DNA of 64,000 bases from a virus: the IMG/VR virus record IMGVR_UViG_3300045988_144418, positions 32,001 through 96,000 of that record; one strand, written 5' to 3'. The notes under the pieces were generated by a model. The model ran no database searches. It was not told the DNA's origin and was given only the letters and a program-made list of their open reading frames with translations. Made by a program: the position numbers and the translations under genes. Shown here in pieces: positions 28,763-37,477 of the stretch; position 1 is the stretch's first letter, and every line of letters starts with the position of its first letter.

Positions 28763-29788
28763 ATGAAACAACCTTTAGCGATAATCAGCACCGATTGGCA
28801 TCTCAAGACTGACAACAAGGAATCTATTTTGAGCATTGCGAAGCAGGAGATTCAGTCGGCTCAGGATCGTGGTGTGGACACGGTTATATGGCTTGGTGAT
28901 ATGTTTGACAGCAGAACAAGCCAGAGTCAGGAACTTCTTACCTTTATGGATAGCATTCTGAATATGTACTATCTTGCAGGGTTGACCGTACACTGCATTC
29001 CTGGAAACCACGATAAGACAGACTATGGGGATGACAGAAGTTTTTTGACAGTGTTCAAGTATCATCCTGACTTTCATCTTCATGAAACGCCTGATATGGT
29101 GGATTTTGGTGGCGTGAAGTTCTGGTTTATGCCGTTTTATCGGCAGGATGTGTATCTGGATAGATTTCAGATGTGTATGCCGTTGGGTCGATGTGTTCTG
29201 TTTAGTCATACGGCTATCTCAGGTTCAATTAACAATGACGGCAGTAAGGTGGAATCACCTATCAATGCTTCACTGTTTAAGGGGTTTGAAAAGGTCTTTC
29301 TTGGGCACTATCATAATAGACAGCAGCCAGCGAAGAATATCTTTCATCTACCGAGTGTTCAGCAGAACAATTTTGGGGAGGATGAGGATAAGGGTTTTAC
29401 CGTGCTATATGATGACTTATCCTTTGAACTTGTAAGGTCGGTTTTTAAGCCTTACAAAGAGATTGTGGTTGATGCACGGACAGTCACCTCGGAGGAACTT
29501 GTGGAACTCTCTAAATCGTCCGTTGATGGGGTGAACTTGCGTCTTACATTCACGGGAGATCAACAGGCGGTGAAGAAGATTGATCGTAAGAAGTTTACAG
29601 CCGTCGGCATAAGTGTGCAGGTCAAGTATGATGATGTTGATGTGGATGAAGTGGATAGACAGCAGGACATTGTTGCTATGACTGGAACAAATATTGCAGA
29701 GAAATTTGAGGAATTCTGTAAGGAAAAAGGTTATGATTATGTAAGGGGCTATGAATTATTAAAGGAGGTAATGAAATGGCAGGAATAG
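28763..29788 (+). CDS. sbcD: SbcD/Mre11-like nuclease
   Basis: Calcineurin-like phosphoesterase motifs STDWHL, LGDMFD, PGNHD, LGHYH. Confidence 0.75.
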   Translation: MKQPLAIISTDWHLKTDNKESILSIAKQEIQSAQDRGVDTVIWLGDMFDSRTSQSQELLTFMDSILNMYYLAGLTVHCIPGNHDKTDYGDDRSFLTVFKYHPDFHLHETPDMVDFGGVKFWFMPFYRQDVYLDRFQMCMPLGRCVLFSHTAISGSINNDGSKVESPINASLFKGFEKVFLGHYHNRQQPAKNIFHLPSVQQNNFGEDEDKGFTVLYDDLSFELVRSVFKPYKEIVVDARTVTSEELVELSKSSVDGVNLRLTFTGDQQAVKKIDRKKFTAVGISVQVKYDDVDVDEVDRQQDIVAMTGTNIAEKFEEFCKEKGYDYVRGYELLKEVMKWQE

Positions 29789-30738
29789 AAGAACTTGTAT
29801 CAACATTGCAGAAGAAGTTCGGCAAGGAGATTGTGGCTGGAAACACTTCACAGGAGGTAACTTTCATATCATCAGGCAGTATGGGTCTTGACTTGGCTCT
29901 GGGTGGTGGATACCCTCTCGGCAGAATAGTGGAACTCAGAGGGTATGAATCCAGTGGCAAGACAACGCTTGCTCTGACAGCTTGTGCAAGCATACAGAAA
30001 CAGACAGGCAAGGCGATTGTCTATGTGGACAGAGAGAACGCCATTGATATGGACTATGTTAAGGCACTGGGTGTGGATATTTCACCACAGATGTTCATTC
30101 TTACACAGGCCGGAACGGCTGAGGAGTGTCTGGAGATTATACGTGAATCAGCGAAGTCTGATGCAGTGGGTGGCATCGTTATGGATTCAGTGGCCGCTAT
30201 GTTTCCACGATGCTATCTGGAAGCGGAGGTGGGGGATGCCAAGATGGGTGTTCTGGCACGTCTGATGTCAGCGTGGCTTCCAGGGATTGTGGGTGACTTG
30301 AAAAGAAACAACATTATCGCTTTATTTATCAATCAGTATCGTGAAAAGATAGGTGTGATGTATGGTTCGCCTAAGACAACCCCAGGAGGAAAGAGTTTGG
30401 GTTTTTACGCAAGTCAGATTCTGGATATTGCCAAGTCAGGTGTTATTGGTGACAAGGGTGAGGAATCAGCCATTCACGTTAAGGTGCGTGTGGAAAAGAA
30501 CAAGGTTGCTCCACCGTTGCGTAAGGCGGAGTTTGATATTCGCTTCGGTGAGGGTGTGGACAGAGCGTCCGAGGTGCTTGACCTTGCCGTTGAATATGGT
30601 GTTGTGGACAAGAAAGGATCGTTCTTCCGTTATAACGGTGACTTAATCGGTCAGGGTTCGGAAAAGGCAAGGACTTTTCTTGCTGACAATCTTGAACTGA
30701 TGCAGGAGATAGAAGCAAAGGTGACTGAAAAGATTTAG
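29776..30738 (+). CDS. recA: RecA recombinase
   Basis: SSGSMGLDLALGGGYPLGRIVELRGYESSGKTTLAL (Walker A), IVMDSVAAM (Walker B), FINQYREKIGVMYGSPKTTPGGKSLGFYAS. Confidence 0.9.
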   Translation: MAGIEELVSTLQKKFGKEIVAGNTSQEVTFISSGSMGLDLALGGGYPLGRIVELRGYESSGKTTLALTACASIQKQTGKAIVYVDRENAIDMDYVKALGVDISPQMFILTQAGTAEECLEIIRESAKSDAVGGIVMDSVAAMFPRCYLEAEVGDAKMGVLARLMSAWLPGIVGDLKRNNIIALFINQYREKIGVMYGSPKTTPGGKSLGFYASQILDIAKSGVIGDKGEESAIHVKVRVEKNKVAPPLRKAEFDIRFGEGVDRASEVLDLAVEYGVVDKKGSFFRYNGDLIGQGSEKARTFLADNLELMQEIEAKVTEKI

Positions 30739-30742
30739 GCTT

Positions 30743-32737
30743 ATGAGGCTGGAAACGTTAAGATTAAAGAATTTTCTCTCTTTTAAGGAATTGAACCATA
30801 CATTTCGTAATGGGGCAATCCTTATACAGGGGCGCAACCTTACGGAGGACAGTAAGGAGACAAACGGTGCAGGAAAGTCAACGATGGAAGCAGGAATCTC
30901 CTATGCGTTGATGGCCACACCACTTCGTAAGCAGACACTTGATAGAGATTTGATAAGGTGGGGTGAGGATGAAGCGGAGATTGAACTGACGGTGTTCTGT
31001 CCAGTGCGTAGTCAGCGACTACGTATATTTAGGAGGATACGTGTTAAGGGGTCAGCGACACTGGAACTGTACCTGAATGAACAGTCTGTGCAGTTTGCTT
31101 CCGTGCTGGAGGGTAATAGGTATATTCTGGACTGGATAGCGATAACACCTGAGGACTTGAAGTCCTTTTACATCCTGAACAAGGAGAACTACAAGTCATT
31201 TTTGAGCGCATCCAACACGGACAAGCTCGCTTTGATCAATCGTTTTATGAAAGCGGAGCGACTGGAGGCGGCTGATGATGTCATAAAGGAGCAAAGTGCT
31301 CCTTATGTTGAGAAGCGTGATGCGGCTCAGAGAAAGGTCTTTTCCATTGAAGGCGAATTAAACGCCTATAAGGGTCAGTTGGTCTATGAGCAGTCCCGTA
31401 ACCTTGATGAGGAGCTGGAGCAGCAGGTGGCGACGATTAACGAGCAAATAGAGCAGTATGGGCGGAAGATTCAGGCATGTGATGATGATAGTAGGCGAGT
31501 GGAGAAATCCAGGGGTGAAGTTGAAGCCGATATCACGCAGAGGAGGGAAAGCCTGGACACGGTGAAGCGGTCACTCGAAGCGATGGTCGCCGACAACAGC
31601 CTTGAACGGCAGAAGGAATCCATTAGGCAGGAGCGTCAAGGGTTGGACAATGCCGCCTTTGAAGCCAGAAACTTTCGCAGTGAGGAACATAGACAACTTG
31701 ATGAAACGAACAGAAAGTTGGCTGAACTAAACAAAATGCTTGCAGGTGTGGTCACGTGTCCACACTGTCATCACAGATTCCTACTTAATGATACGGAACG
31801 TTCTGTTGCTGAACTGGAGAATGAGAAAGTTGCTGTAACATACGATGTGGACGCTCACAGTAGTGCAATAGAGGAGGTTAATGCGGTGCTTGATGAACTT
31901 GCGGCTGATCTTTCCACTTATGACTGCAAGGAAAAGGAGCTTGCTGAAGCGATGAACAGGCGTGATGCTGAGATGTCAACATTGCGTAGGCAGGTGGCTG
32001 ACGCCGAGCGTGTTATCTATGCCAAGGAGGCCGTATTGGGTCAGTGCAGTGAAACTGTTAGGCGTAATAACTCCACCATTGAAAGTCTGCGGAAGGACAT
32101 TCAGCAGGAACAGCAAAGGATTGCTGTGCTTATGGAGGATGGTATTCAGACCAAGGTCGAGGATTATAAGGGACTGATAACCCTGACAGAGAAGAAGCTG
32201 GATCGTGCTCAGAAGGAACTTGAAAAGGCGGAGGGTGAGCTTGGAGAACTTCAGCAGTGGGGTCAGCGGTTTAAGGACTTCAGAATGTCACTTGCCTGTG
32301 GACAGTTAAAGGTTATTCAGGATGTGGCCAATCTGTCCCTGGAAAGGCAGAAGTCTGAGCTTCGTGTGTCCATTGACGGCTTTAAGGTGAACGCCAAGGG
32401 TCAGATCAAGAGTGAGATTACGGTGCTTGTTATTAACGGTGAGGGTGAGTATAAGAGTTTCTGGTCGTACAGTGGCGGTGAGCGTGCCAGAGTGGAGATG
32501 GCTATGATTCAGGCCTTTCAGGAAATGCTGAATGCTACCAATCCTTATGGTGGGCTGGATTTTTTGATGATTGATGAAGTGCTGGAGGGGACTGACCCTC
32601 TTGGCTTGAACCTACTTATTGAATCGTTGAAGGATGTTGAAAATCCAGTTTATATCATTAGTCACGTGATGAACATTAAGGCTGGAGTGCCGACCTTGAC
32701 TATCACGAAGGAAAACGGTATAAGCAGAATAGAATGA
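30743..32737 (+). CDS. sbcC: SbcC/Rad50-like ATPase
   Basis: Walker A NGAGKST, long coiled coil with central CPHC zinc hook, ABC signature YSGGERARV, Walker B FLMIDEV. Confidence 0.8.
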   Translation: MRLETLRLKNFLSFKELNHTFRNGAILIQGRNLTEDSKETNGAGKSTMEAGISYALMATPLRKQTLDRDLIRWGEDEAEIELTVFCPVRSQRLRIFRRIRVKGSATLELYLNEQSVQFASVLEGNRYILDWIAITPEDLKSFYILNKENYKSFLSASNTDKLALINRFMKAERLEAADDVIKEQSAPYVEKRDAAQRKVFSIEGELNAYKGQLVYEQSRNLDEELEQQVATINEQIEQYGRKIQACDDDSRRVEKSRGEVEADITQRRESLDTVKRSLEAMVADNSLERQKESIRQERQGLDNAAFEARNFRSEEHRQLDETNRKLAELNKMLAGVVTCPHCHHRFLLNDTERSVAELENEKVAVTYDVDAHSSAIEEVNAVLDELAADLSTYDCKEKELAEAMNRRDAEMSTLRRQVADAERVIYAKEAVLGQCSETVRRNNSTIESLRKDIQQEQQRIAVLMEDGIQTKVEDYKGLITLTEKKLDRAQKELEKAEGELGELQQWGQRFKDFRMSLACGQLKVIQDVANLSLERQKSELRVSIDGFKVNAKGQIKSEITVLVINGEGEYKSFWSYSGGERARVEMAMIQAFQEMLNATNPYGGLDFLMIDEVLEGTDPLGLNLLIESLKDVENPVYIISHVMNIKAGVPTLTITKENGISRIE

Positions 32738-33237
32738 GTGGTGTTAAAACTATAATAGGGGTGGATCCTGGAAAGGAGGGGTATATTACATTGATGATAG
32801 GTGCTTGCTTTAGACACTATCCTATTCCTATGATAGGAAACAAGGAACTGGATATGGTGGCACTTTCATCATTGATTGTTGAGATAGCGAGCCTATGTGA
32901 TCCAAGCAAAACACAGGTTGTCATAGAGGACGTTCACGCAATATATGGAAGTTCCGCTGGAGCGACCTTTACATTCGGTGGAATAGCGTATGCGTTGCGA
33001 ATGGGATTCCTTATGGTGGGGCTTCCTGTTGTGCTTGTGTCACCGAAGAAGTGGCAGAAGGAGATGTTTGAGGGGATAAAACCTGATCCAGACAAGAAAG
33101 TGATGTCCATTGCAGCAGCAAAGCGTCTGTGTCCGACAGCGGACTTGCGACGCACGCCACGATGCACCAAGCCTGATAACAACCTCACGGATTCACTCCT
33201 CATAGCGATATACGGATCAAGACACTATGTACTATGA
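32734..33237 (+). CDS. RuvC-like Holliday junction resolvase
   Basis: IIGVDPGKEGY (first catalytic Asp), VVIEDVHAIYG (acidic pair), LTDSLLIA (C-terminal Asp); ATGA-coupled to sbcC. Confidence 0.55.
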   Translation: MSGVKTIIGVDPGKEGYITLMIGACFRHYPIPMIGNKELDMVALSSLIVEIASLCDPSKTQVVIEDVHAIYGSSAGATFTFGGIAYALRMGFLMVGLPVVLVSPKKWQKEMFEGIKPDPDKKVMSIAAAKRLCPTADLRRTPRCTKPDNNLTDSLLIAIYGSRHYVL

Positions 33238-33587
33238 AATGGGTTTTGAAGTGTTCAAATAGAGCGAATTGTAAATTTGCTCAGGATGACAGGTGGCTGG
33301 AATCAGGTCACTATGTGCTGAAGTATGACAGGAAGCGTAAGCGAATGTTTCCAGCCTCAGATGAGGAAGTGAGGTGTCCAGTGTGCGGTGAGCCGCTTCG
33401 ATGGGAGGAACAGACGGTTCCTATATCGGACTTTGGTGTCAGCACGTTTAACGGCCTTTCAGATGAAGCGAAGAAAAAGGTGTTACGGGAGCGCTTTGAT
33501 GCTGACAATAGACGCACTGGGGATGACATTAAGGCAAACAACCATCGTAGAGCGGTGGAAAAGATGATAGGTTATGACAAGCAATGA
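33234..33587 (+). CDS. hypothetical zinc-ribbon protein
   Basis: 117 aa; KCSNRANC ... CPVCGE Cys pairs. Confidence 0.55.
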   Translation: MKWVLKCSNRANCKFAQDDRWLESGHYVLKYDRKRKRMFPASDEEVRCPVCGEPLRWEEQTVPISDFGVSTFNGLSDEAKKKVLRERFDADNRRTGDDIKANNHRRAVEKMIGYDKQ

Positions 33588-33891
33588 AATGTTTTTGGAT
33601 GCCTGTCAGGGCATCGTGATGAACTGCAACAGGCAGATTCTTGTGATTAGGATTATGGATGAGTGGCGTGCAGTGCTCACGCAGTATGTTCGTCTTCCTA
33701 ACAGGGAGGTTCGCTATTCAGAGGTGTCAGGTCAGGACATAACTCGAATTGTGAAGAATGTTCAGAGTAATTTCCAGAGCATGACGGAACAGCGTCTGGA
33801 TGAGTTGGTGCAGTCAATATGTGTTCAGACATTTAAGTTTGAAACGAAGGATTATATCTGGCTGACCAAGGTGGATTTGAATCGAGGCTGA
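33574..33891 (+). CDS. hypothetical protein
   Basis: 105-aa ORF overlapping the upstream stop. Confidence 0.5.
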   Translation: MTSNEMFLDACQGIVMNCNRQILVIRIMDEWRAVLTQYVRLPNREVRYSEVSGQDITRIVKNVQSNFQSMTEQRLDELVQSICVQTFKFETKDYIWLTKVDLNRG

Positions 33892-33938
33892 TATAATCGA
33901 TGTGAAATGATTAAATTTGGGTCGTATATTAATGCTTT

Positions 33939-34562
33939 ATGATGATGAATACGACACAGATTGTAAGTTCGGCGATTGATACAGGCAAGGCGATTGGCGA
34001 CGTTGGTATGATGGCCGTTACGGCTGGATTTTTTCTTGTTCTTTCCGGGATTTTGATGGTGGTGTGCTTTAAGTGGTTCATTCGCCTGATTAATAGCATG
34101 CTTCAGGATCAGAAACGAACGATGGAAGAACTCTTGAAGGAGACACGAGATCAAAATTCAAAACTTGCGGAACTATCAGAATGTCTTGCTCCTGGAAATC
34201 AGTTAAAGACAAAAGTGATTTCAAATGCTTTCTTTGATTTAGGTGTCGAAAAGGTTTGCCGTGTTATCAAAAAGGTTAGGGCAGAAAATCACATTGTTGA
34301 CAGGGAAACAACAACGGCAAAGGTTCATAAATTGCTGAAGAATTTGCATGATGACAGGAATAGTAAACTGGATTCATTTACTTATTTAGGCCGACCTCTT
34401 TCAAGTTACACTGATGAAAAATGGGTTGTTAAGGTTGCGGAAGTCGTTCTTAGCGAAATTTATAATGAAAATGGAGCTAATGATGAAAGAGCCTGTACAA
34501 ATGTTACAGCCGTGTATGATCAAATAAAGTTGGATTTTTATAGTAATATGATGCAGAGATAG
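33939..34562 (+). CDS. hypothetical membrane-anchored protein
   Basis: 207 aa; N-terminal hydrophobic helix MMAVTAGFFLVLSGILMVVCF. Confidence 0.55.
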   Translation: MMMNTTQIVSSAIDTGKAIGDVGMMAVTAGFFLVLSGILMVVCFKWFIRLINSMLQDQKRTMEELLKETRDQNSKLAELSECLAPGNQLKTKVISNAFFDLGVEKVCRVIKKVRAENHIVDRETTTAKVHKLLKNLHDDRNSKLDSFTYLGRPLSSYTDEKWVVKVAEVVLSEIYNENGANDERACTNVTAVYDQIKLDFYSNMMQR

Positions 34563-34564
34563 TT

Positions 34565-34672
34565 ATGGGTCTTTTTGAATTTATAGCTAAATCACGTTCT
34601 GGAGTTTATAAGAATACTTCAGAAAATCGTAGACTCCATCGTGTGGGGCAAAGATATGGTGAGCAGAGGCAA
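34565..34672 (+). repeat. shared N-terminal leader, copy 1 (MGLFEFIAKSRSGVYKNTSENRRLHRVGQRYGEQRQ)
   Basis: About 26 of 36 residues identical to copy 2, with many synonymous nucleotide differences. Confidence 0.8.
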
Positions 34673-35698
34673 CTGGCGGATGAGGGTGAACTGATTCCAG
34701 GAATGCCTAATTTCACCAAGGTGAATCTGAAGAAGTATTTGTCTGACAAGATAAAGAAACAGGTGGATGACTATATTGTTAATGTCTCAACCACTCCAGG
34801 ATGGAATAATCCTGAGCAGGTCTCCCTTATGGTAAAAGTTGTGCAGAAGCACTTCAATGAAGCTTTTGATGATATGACCAAGGCGCAGAGAGCCTACTGG
34901 GTGGAATTGGCAAAGCGGCTTTTGGGGCGAATGGAATCTCTTAATGCAGGTGGCGACAAGGAGGAATCCGTTAAGCCTGAAGAGACACCAAAGCCTACAT
35001 TGAAGGAACGTGTTGACAATTTTGAACAGAAGGAAAAAGCGAAGAATATCTTTGAACAGGCAGCACAGAAGTACGGAATTGAACATGGTAAGCCGATGTC
35101 CATTGATAGAGCTGATCGTAAGCACGCCAACCCGAAATTTCTGACGCTTGTAGATGGAAGTTTTCGTCCATACACTTCAAACTGTCAGACCTGTGTGGTT
35201 GCCTATGAACTTCGTAAGAGGGGTTATGACGTTGAAGCAAAGGGTGTTGGTGTTAAGCCGAAGTCCTATGTAAATAATTTTCAAAGAGAAATGGCCTATG
35301 ATAGTACCTTTGCTTTTGCTGATAAGGATATAGATCTTATTAGGCCGAACTTTACAGGTGAGATTAAGTTCAATACGGATAAGGGTCGTAGGCAGTTTCG
35401 AATGAAAATTTTTGACGCCATAAAAGAGCAGGGAACTTATTTCTTATCTTTTAAGAACAAGGGGCGTCAGAGTGGTCATATTGTGGTGCTTGAACACACG
35501 ACTAATAATTTTTTGTTGATAGATCCACAGTCCAATAGAAGAATTGATCTTAAATCTGACGAATTCATGCAGTATCTTGCTGGAGTGGATGTTACACATA
35601 AAAATAATAGACTATTTAGGGTGAATGACTTGACATTCAAACCTGAGGTATTTTCTGTGATGGAAAAGGCAAATACAGAACCAGATATATATGATTAA
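34565..35698 (+). CDS. leader-bearing payload protein 1: C-terminal papain-like (Cys/His) polymorphic-toxin-like domain
   Basis: N-terminal 36 aa are paralogous to the 35985 gene; C-terminal YTSNCQTCVVAYELRKRGYDV ... RQSGHIVVLEH suggests a Cys-His catalytic pair (inference). Confidence 0.45.
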   Translation: MGLFEFIAKSRSGVYKNTSENRRLHRVGQRYGEQRQLADEGELIPGMPNFTKVNLKKYLSDKIKKQVDDYIVNVSTTPGWNNPEQVSLMVKVVQKHFNEAFDDMTKAQRAYWVELAKRLLGRMESLNAGGDKEESVKPEETPKPTLKERVDNFEQKEKAKNIFEQAAQKYGIEHGKPMSIDRADRKHANPKFLTLVDGSFRPYTSNCQTCVVAYELRKRGYDVEAKGVGVKPKSYVNNFQREMAYDSTFAFADKDIDLIRPNFTGEIKFNTDKGRRQFRMKIFDAIKEQGTYFLSFKNKGRQSGHIVVLEHTTNNFLLIDPQSNRRIDLKSDEFMQYLAGVDVTHKNNRLFRVNDLTFKPEVFSVMEKANTEPDIYD

Positions 35699-35927
35699 TG
35701 AAAAGGATATTTTGAAAATCTGCGAAGCGGCAGGTTGGAAAGGCGGCGAACTGATTTACGGTGGGTTTGCTGACGGCAAGTATTATGTCTCCTATGGAGC
35801 TGAGAGTGACGGTGCAGAACTTGCGTGTGTGGGCGCTCCTATAATTCTTGTCGTGGAGAACGGCAGATGTAGGACAGCTACTGACAAGGAATGGGTTTAT
35901 TTTTATGAAAATTTTGTGAAAGATTAA
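35691..35927 (+). CDS. small ORF coupled to payload 1 (immunity/antidote-like by position)
   Basis: 78 aa; its ATG overlaps the last codons of the upstream gene. Confidence 0.45.
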   Translation: MINEKDILKICEAAGWKGGELIYGGFADGKYYVSYGAESDGAELACVGAPIILVVENGRCRTATDKEWVYFYENFVKD

Positions 35928-35936
35928 GGATTAATC

Positions 35937-35967
35937 CTTGGATATTTCAGAATAATGATTATATTTG
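35937..35967 (+). promoter_or_regulatory. early promoter cassette P3
   Basis: CTTGGATATTTCAGAA ... TATATTTG; preceded by the palindrome GGATTAATCC. Confidence 0.65.
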
Positions 35968-35984
35968 CGTAGTAAAATTCAATT

Positions 35985-36092
35985 ATGGGTTTATTTGAAT
36001 ACATAGTTAAGTCCAGATCAGGTGTCTATAAGGATAATTCTGAAAATAGGCGGCTTCACAGGGCTGGACTGCAATATGGTCAGAAAAAGCAG
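35985..36092 (+). repeat. shared N-terminal leader, copy 2 (MGLFEYIVKSRSGVYKDNSENRRLHRAGLQYGQKKQ)
   Basis: Paralogous to 34565-34672 at the protein level. Confidence 0.8.
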
Positions 36093-36713
36093 CAGGAAAG
36101 CGTTCCTGATGTAAACAAGAAGGATCTTGAACTTGCGGAAGCAAAGGTTAAGAAAATGCTTGTCGTGAAGCAGAACTTTGATGATGTTTCACAGGCGGTG
36201 TGTCAGGAGGTTGGCTGTATTGTTTCTCCTACTAATATTAAAAAGCCCGTAAGAATTGCTCAGAAAATGGCTTCTGATGGTTCTACTATTGATGAGATTA
36301 AGGATGTTATGCGTAACACCTTTGTTGTTAATAGTGACGATGATGTTGGCAAGGTTATAGAAGCCATATCCAAGCATTATAAAGTTGTTAGGGTAAAGTA
36401 TCAAACGCCCGACAGGTTCGCTGGATATAGCGGCAATATTGTCAATGTGGAGCTTCCTAATGATGAAATTGGTGAAATGCAGGTGAATACGCCACAAATG
36501 ATATTTGGCAAGGAAGTTGAACGTGATGCCAGAATGATTTTGGGTGATGGCCTATGGGAACGATTGAAAGCCAATGCAGGAAATCTTATTCCAGGACTTG
36601 GTCATAGGATGTATGAGGTGCTTCGGGATGATTCCATTGACGATGAAAGGCTTGATATTGTCGAACGCAATAGTAGAATTTATTATGATAGAATTAGAAA
36701 GATTTCGCTATGA
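35985..36713 (+). CDS. leader-bearing payload protein 2: RelA/SpoT-homologue nucleotidyl/pyrophosphotransferase (small alarmone synthetase or toxSAS-like)
   Basis: Synthetase-fold pattern by eye: IKKPVRIAQKM, IKDVMRNTFVV, AGYSGNIVNVEL, IGEMQVNTPQM (compare GY.s.H and E.Q.RT..Q); driven by promoter cassette P3. Confidence 0.55.
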   Translation: MGLFEYIVKSRSGVYKDNSENRRLHRAGLQYGQKKQQESVPDVNKKDLELAEAKVKKMLVVKQNFDDVSQAVCQEVGCIVSPTNIKKPVRIAQKMASDGSTIDEIKDVMRNTFVVNSDDDVGKVIEAISKHYKVVRVKYQTPDRFAGYSGNIVNVELPNDEIGEMQVNTPQMIFGKEVERDARMILGDGLWERLKANAGNLIPGLGHRMYEVLRDDSIDDERLDIVERNSRIYYDRIRKISL

Positions 36714-36958
36714 GAACTGTAACTAACAAGGAACTGGGGGAGTTGCTCCGCTCCAATGAAATGGTCTATCTTCTGGACGACACTGATGAAATCGCATGGG
36801 GATTTCTCGGTGATGGAAAGAACCGTAGAAGAGTGGTGAGCAAGGCAAAGGGCAGGGAACCTGTTGAGCACAATCCCAAGCAGCAGAACTCCAATAGTAT
36901 GATTCGTGCCTATCTGAATAAGGATGTGATGACCAAGGAGGAGTTTGAAAACTATTAG
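36710..36958 (+). CDS. small ORF coupled to the RelA/SpoT-like gene (antitoxin/immunity-like by position)
   Basis: 82 aa; ATGA stop/start overlap. Confidence 0.45.
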   Translation: MRTVTNKELGELLRSNEMVYLLDDTDEIAWGFLGDGKNRRRVVSKAKGREPVEHNPKQQNSNSMIRAYLNKDVMTKEEFENY

Positions 36959-36965
36959 AATTTTC

Positions 36966-36996
36966 CTTGGAAATTCAAGAACAATGACTATATTTG
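36966..36996 (+). promoter_or_regulatory. early promoter cassette P4
   Basis: CTTGGAAATTCAAGAA ... TATATTTG. Confidence 0.65.
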
Positions 36997-37009
36997 CACT
37001 GTGAAAATT

Positions 37010-37027
37010 AAAAATGATTTTGTTATG
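37010..37027 (+). promoter_or_regulatory. start-codon-abutting motif (AAAAATGATTTTGTTATG)
   Basis: Recurrent motif ending in the ATG; here it lies downstream of cassette P4. Confidence 0.35.
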
Positions 37028-37477
37028 ATTAAGATTGTCACTAAATCTCAGGACAGATTTCGTCAGGCCGTTGAAATAGCTGTCCAGGCACATCAGGGTC
37101 AGGTTGACCGAAATGGTGTTCCGTATATCTGTCATTCTATTGCCGTTGCTCAAAAGTGCTCATTCTATACAGCCAAGTGTGTGGCTATGCTTCACGATGT
37201 GCTGGAGGACACGGAGGTTACGGCACAGGATCTATTTAAGATGGGTGTTGAGGAATATATCATTGAATGTGTGGAAAAATTGACGCACGATCCAAAGGTT
37301 CCATATCTGGATTATATTCAAAGCATAATTGACACCAGAGATGCTAATATCATATCGGTTAAGTACGCTGATCTATGTGATAATCTCGATCCTACGAGGG
37401 GTGGAATGAATGAAAAGAAAGTGCCTCTGTATCGCAAGGCCAGAAGAATGATGGAGGAAGCATTATGTTTCATATAG
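37025..37477 (+). CDS. small alarmone hydrolase (SpoT/RelA-type HD domain)
   Basis: AVEIAVQAHQGQVDRNGVPYICHSIAVAQ ... AMLHDVLEDTEVT is the (p)ppGpp-hydrolase HD signature; has its own promoter cassette P4. Confidence 0.75.
   Translation: MIKIVTKSQDRFRQAVEIAVQAHQGQVDRNGVPYICHSIAVAQKCSFYTAKCVAMLHDVLEDTEVTAQDLFKMGVEEYIIECVEKLTHDPKVPYLDYIQSIIDTRDANIISVKYADLCDNLDPTRGGMNEKKVPLYRKARRMMEEALCFI

Noticed and set aside
28037-28836. Cluster of overlapping ORFs in several frames and on both strands at the 3' end of the 27292 gene
   Set aside because: They are produced by the Pro/Glu/Lys/Ala low-complexity coding repeat of the real gene. None has independent support.
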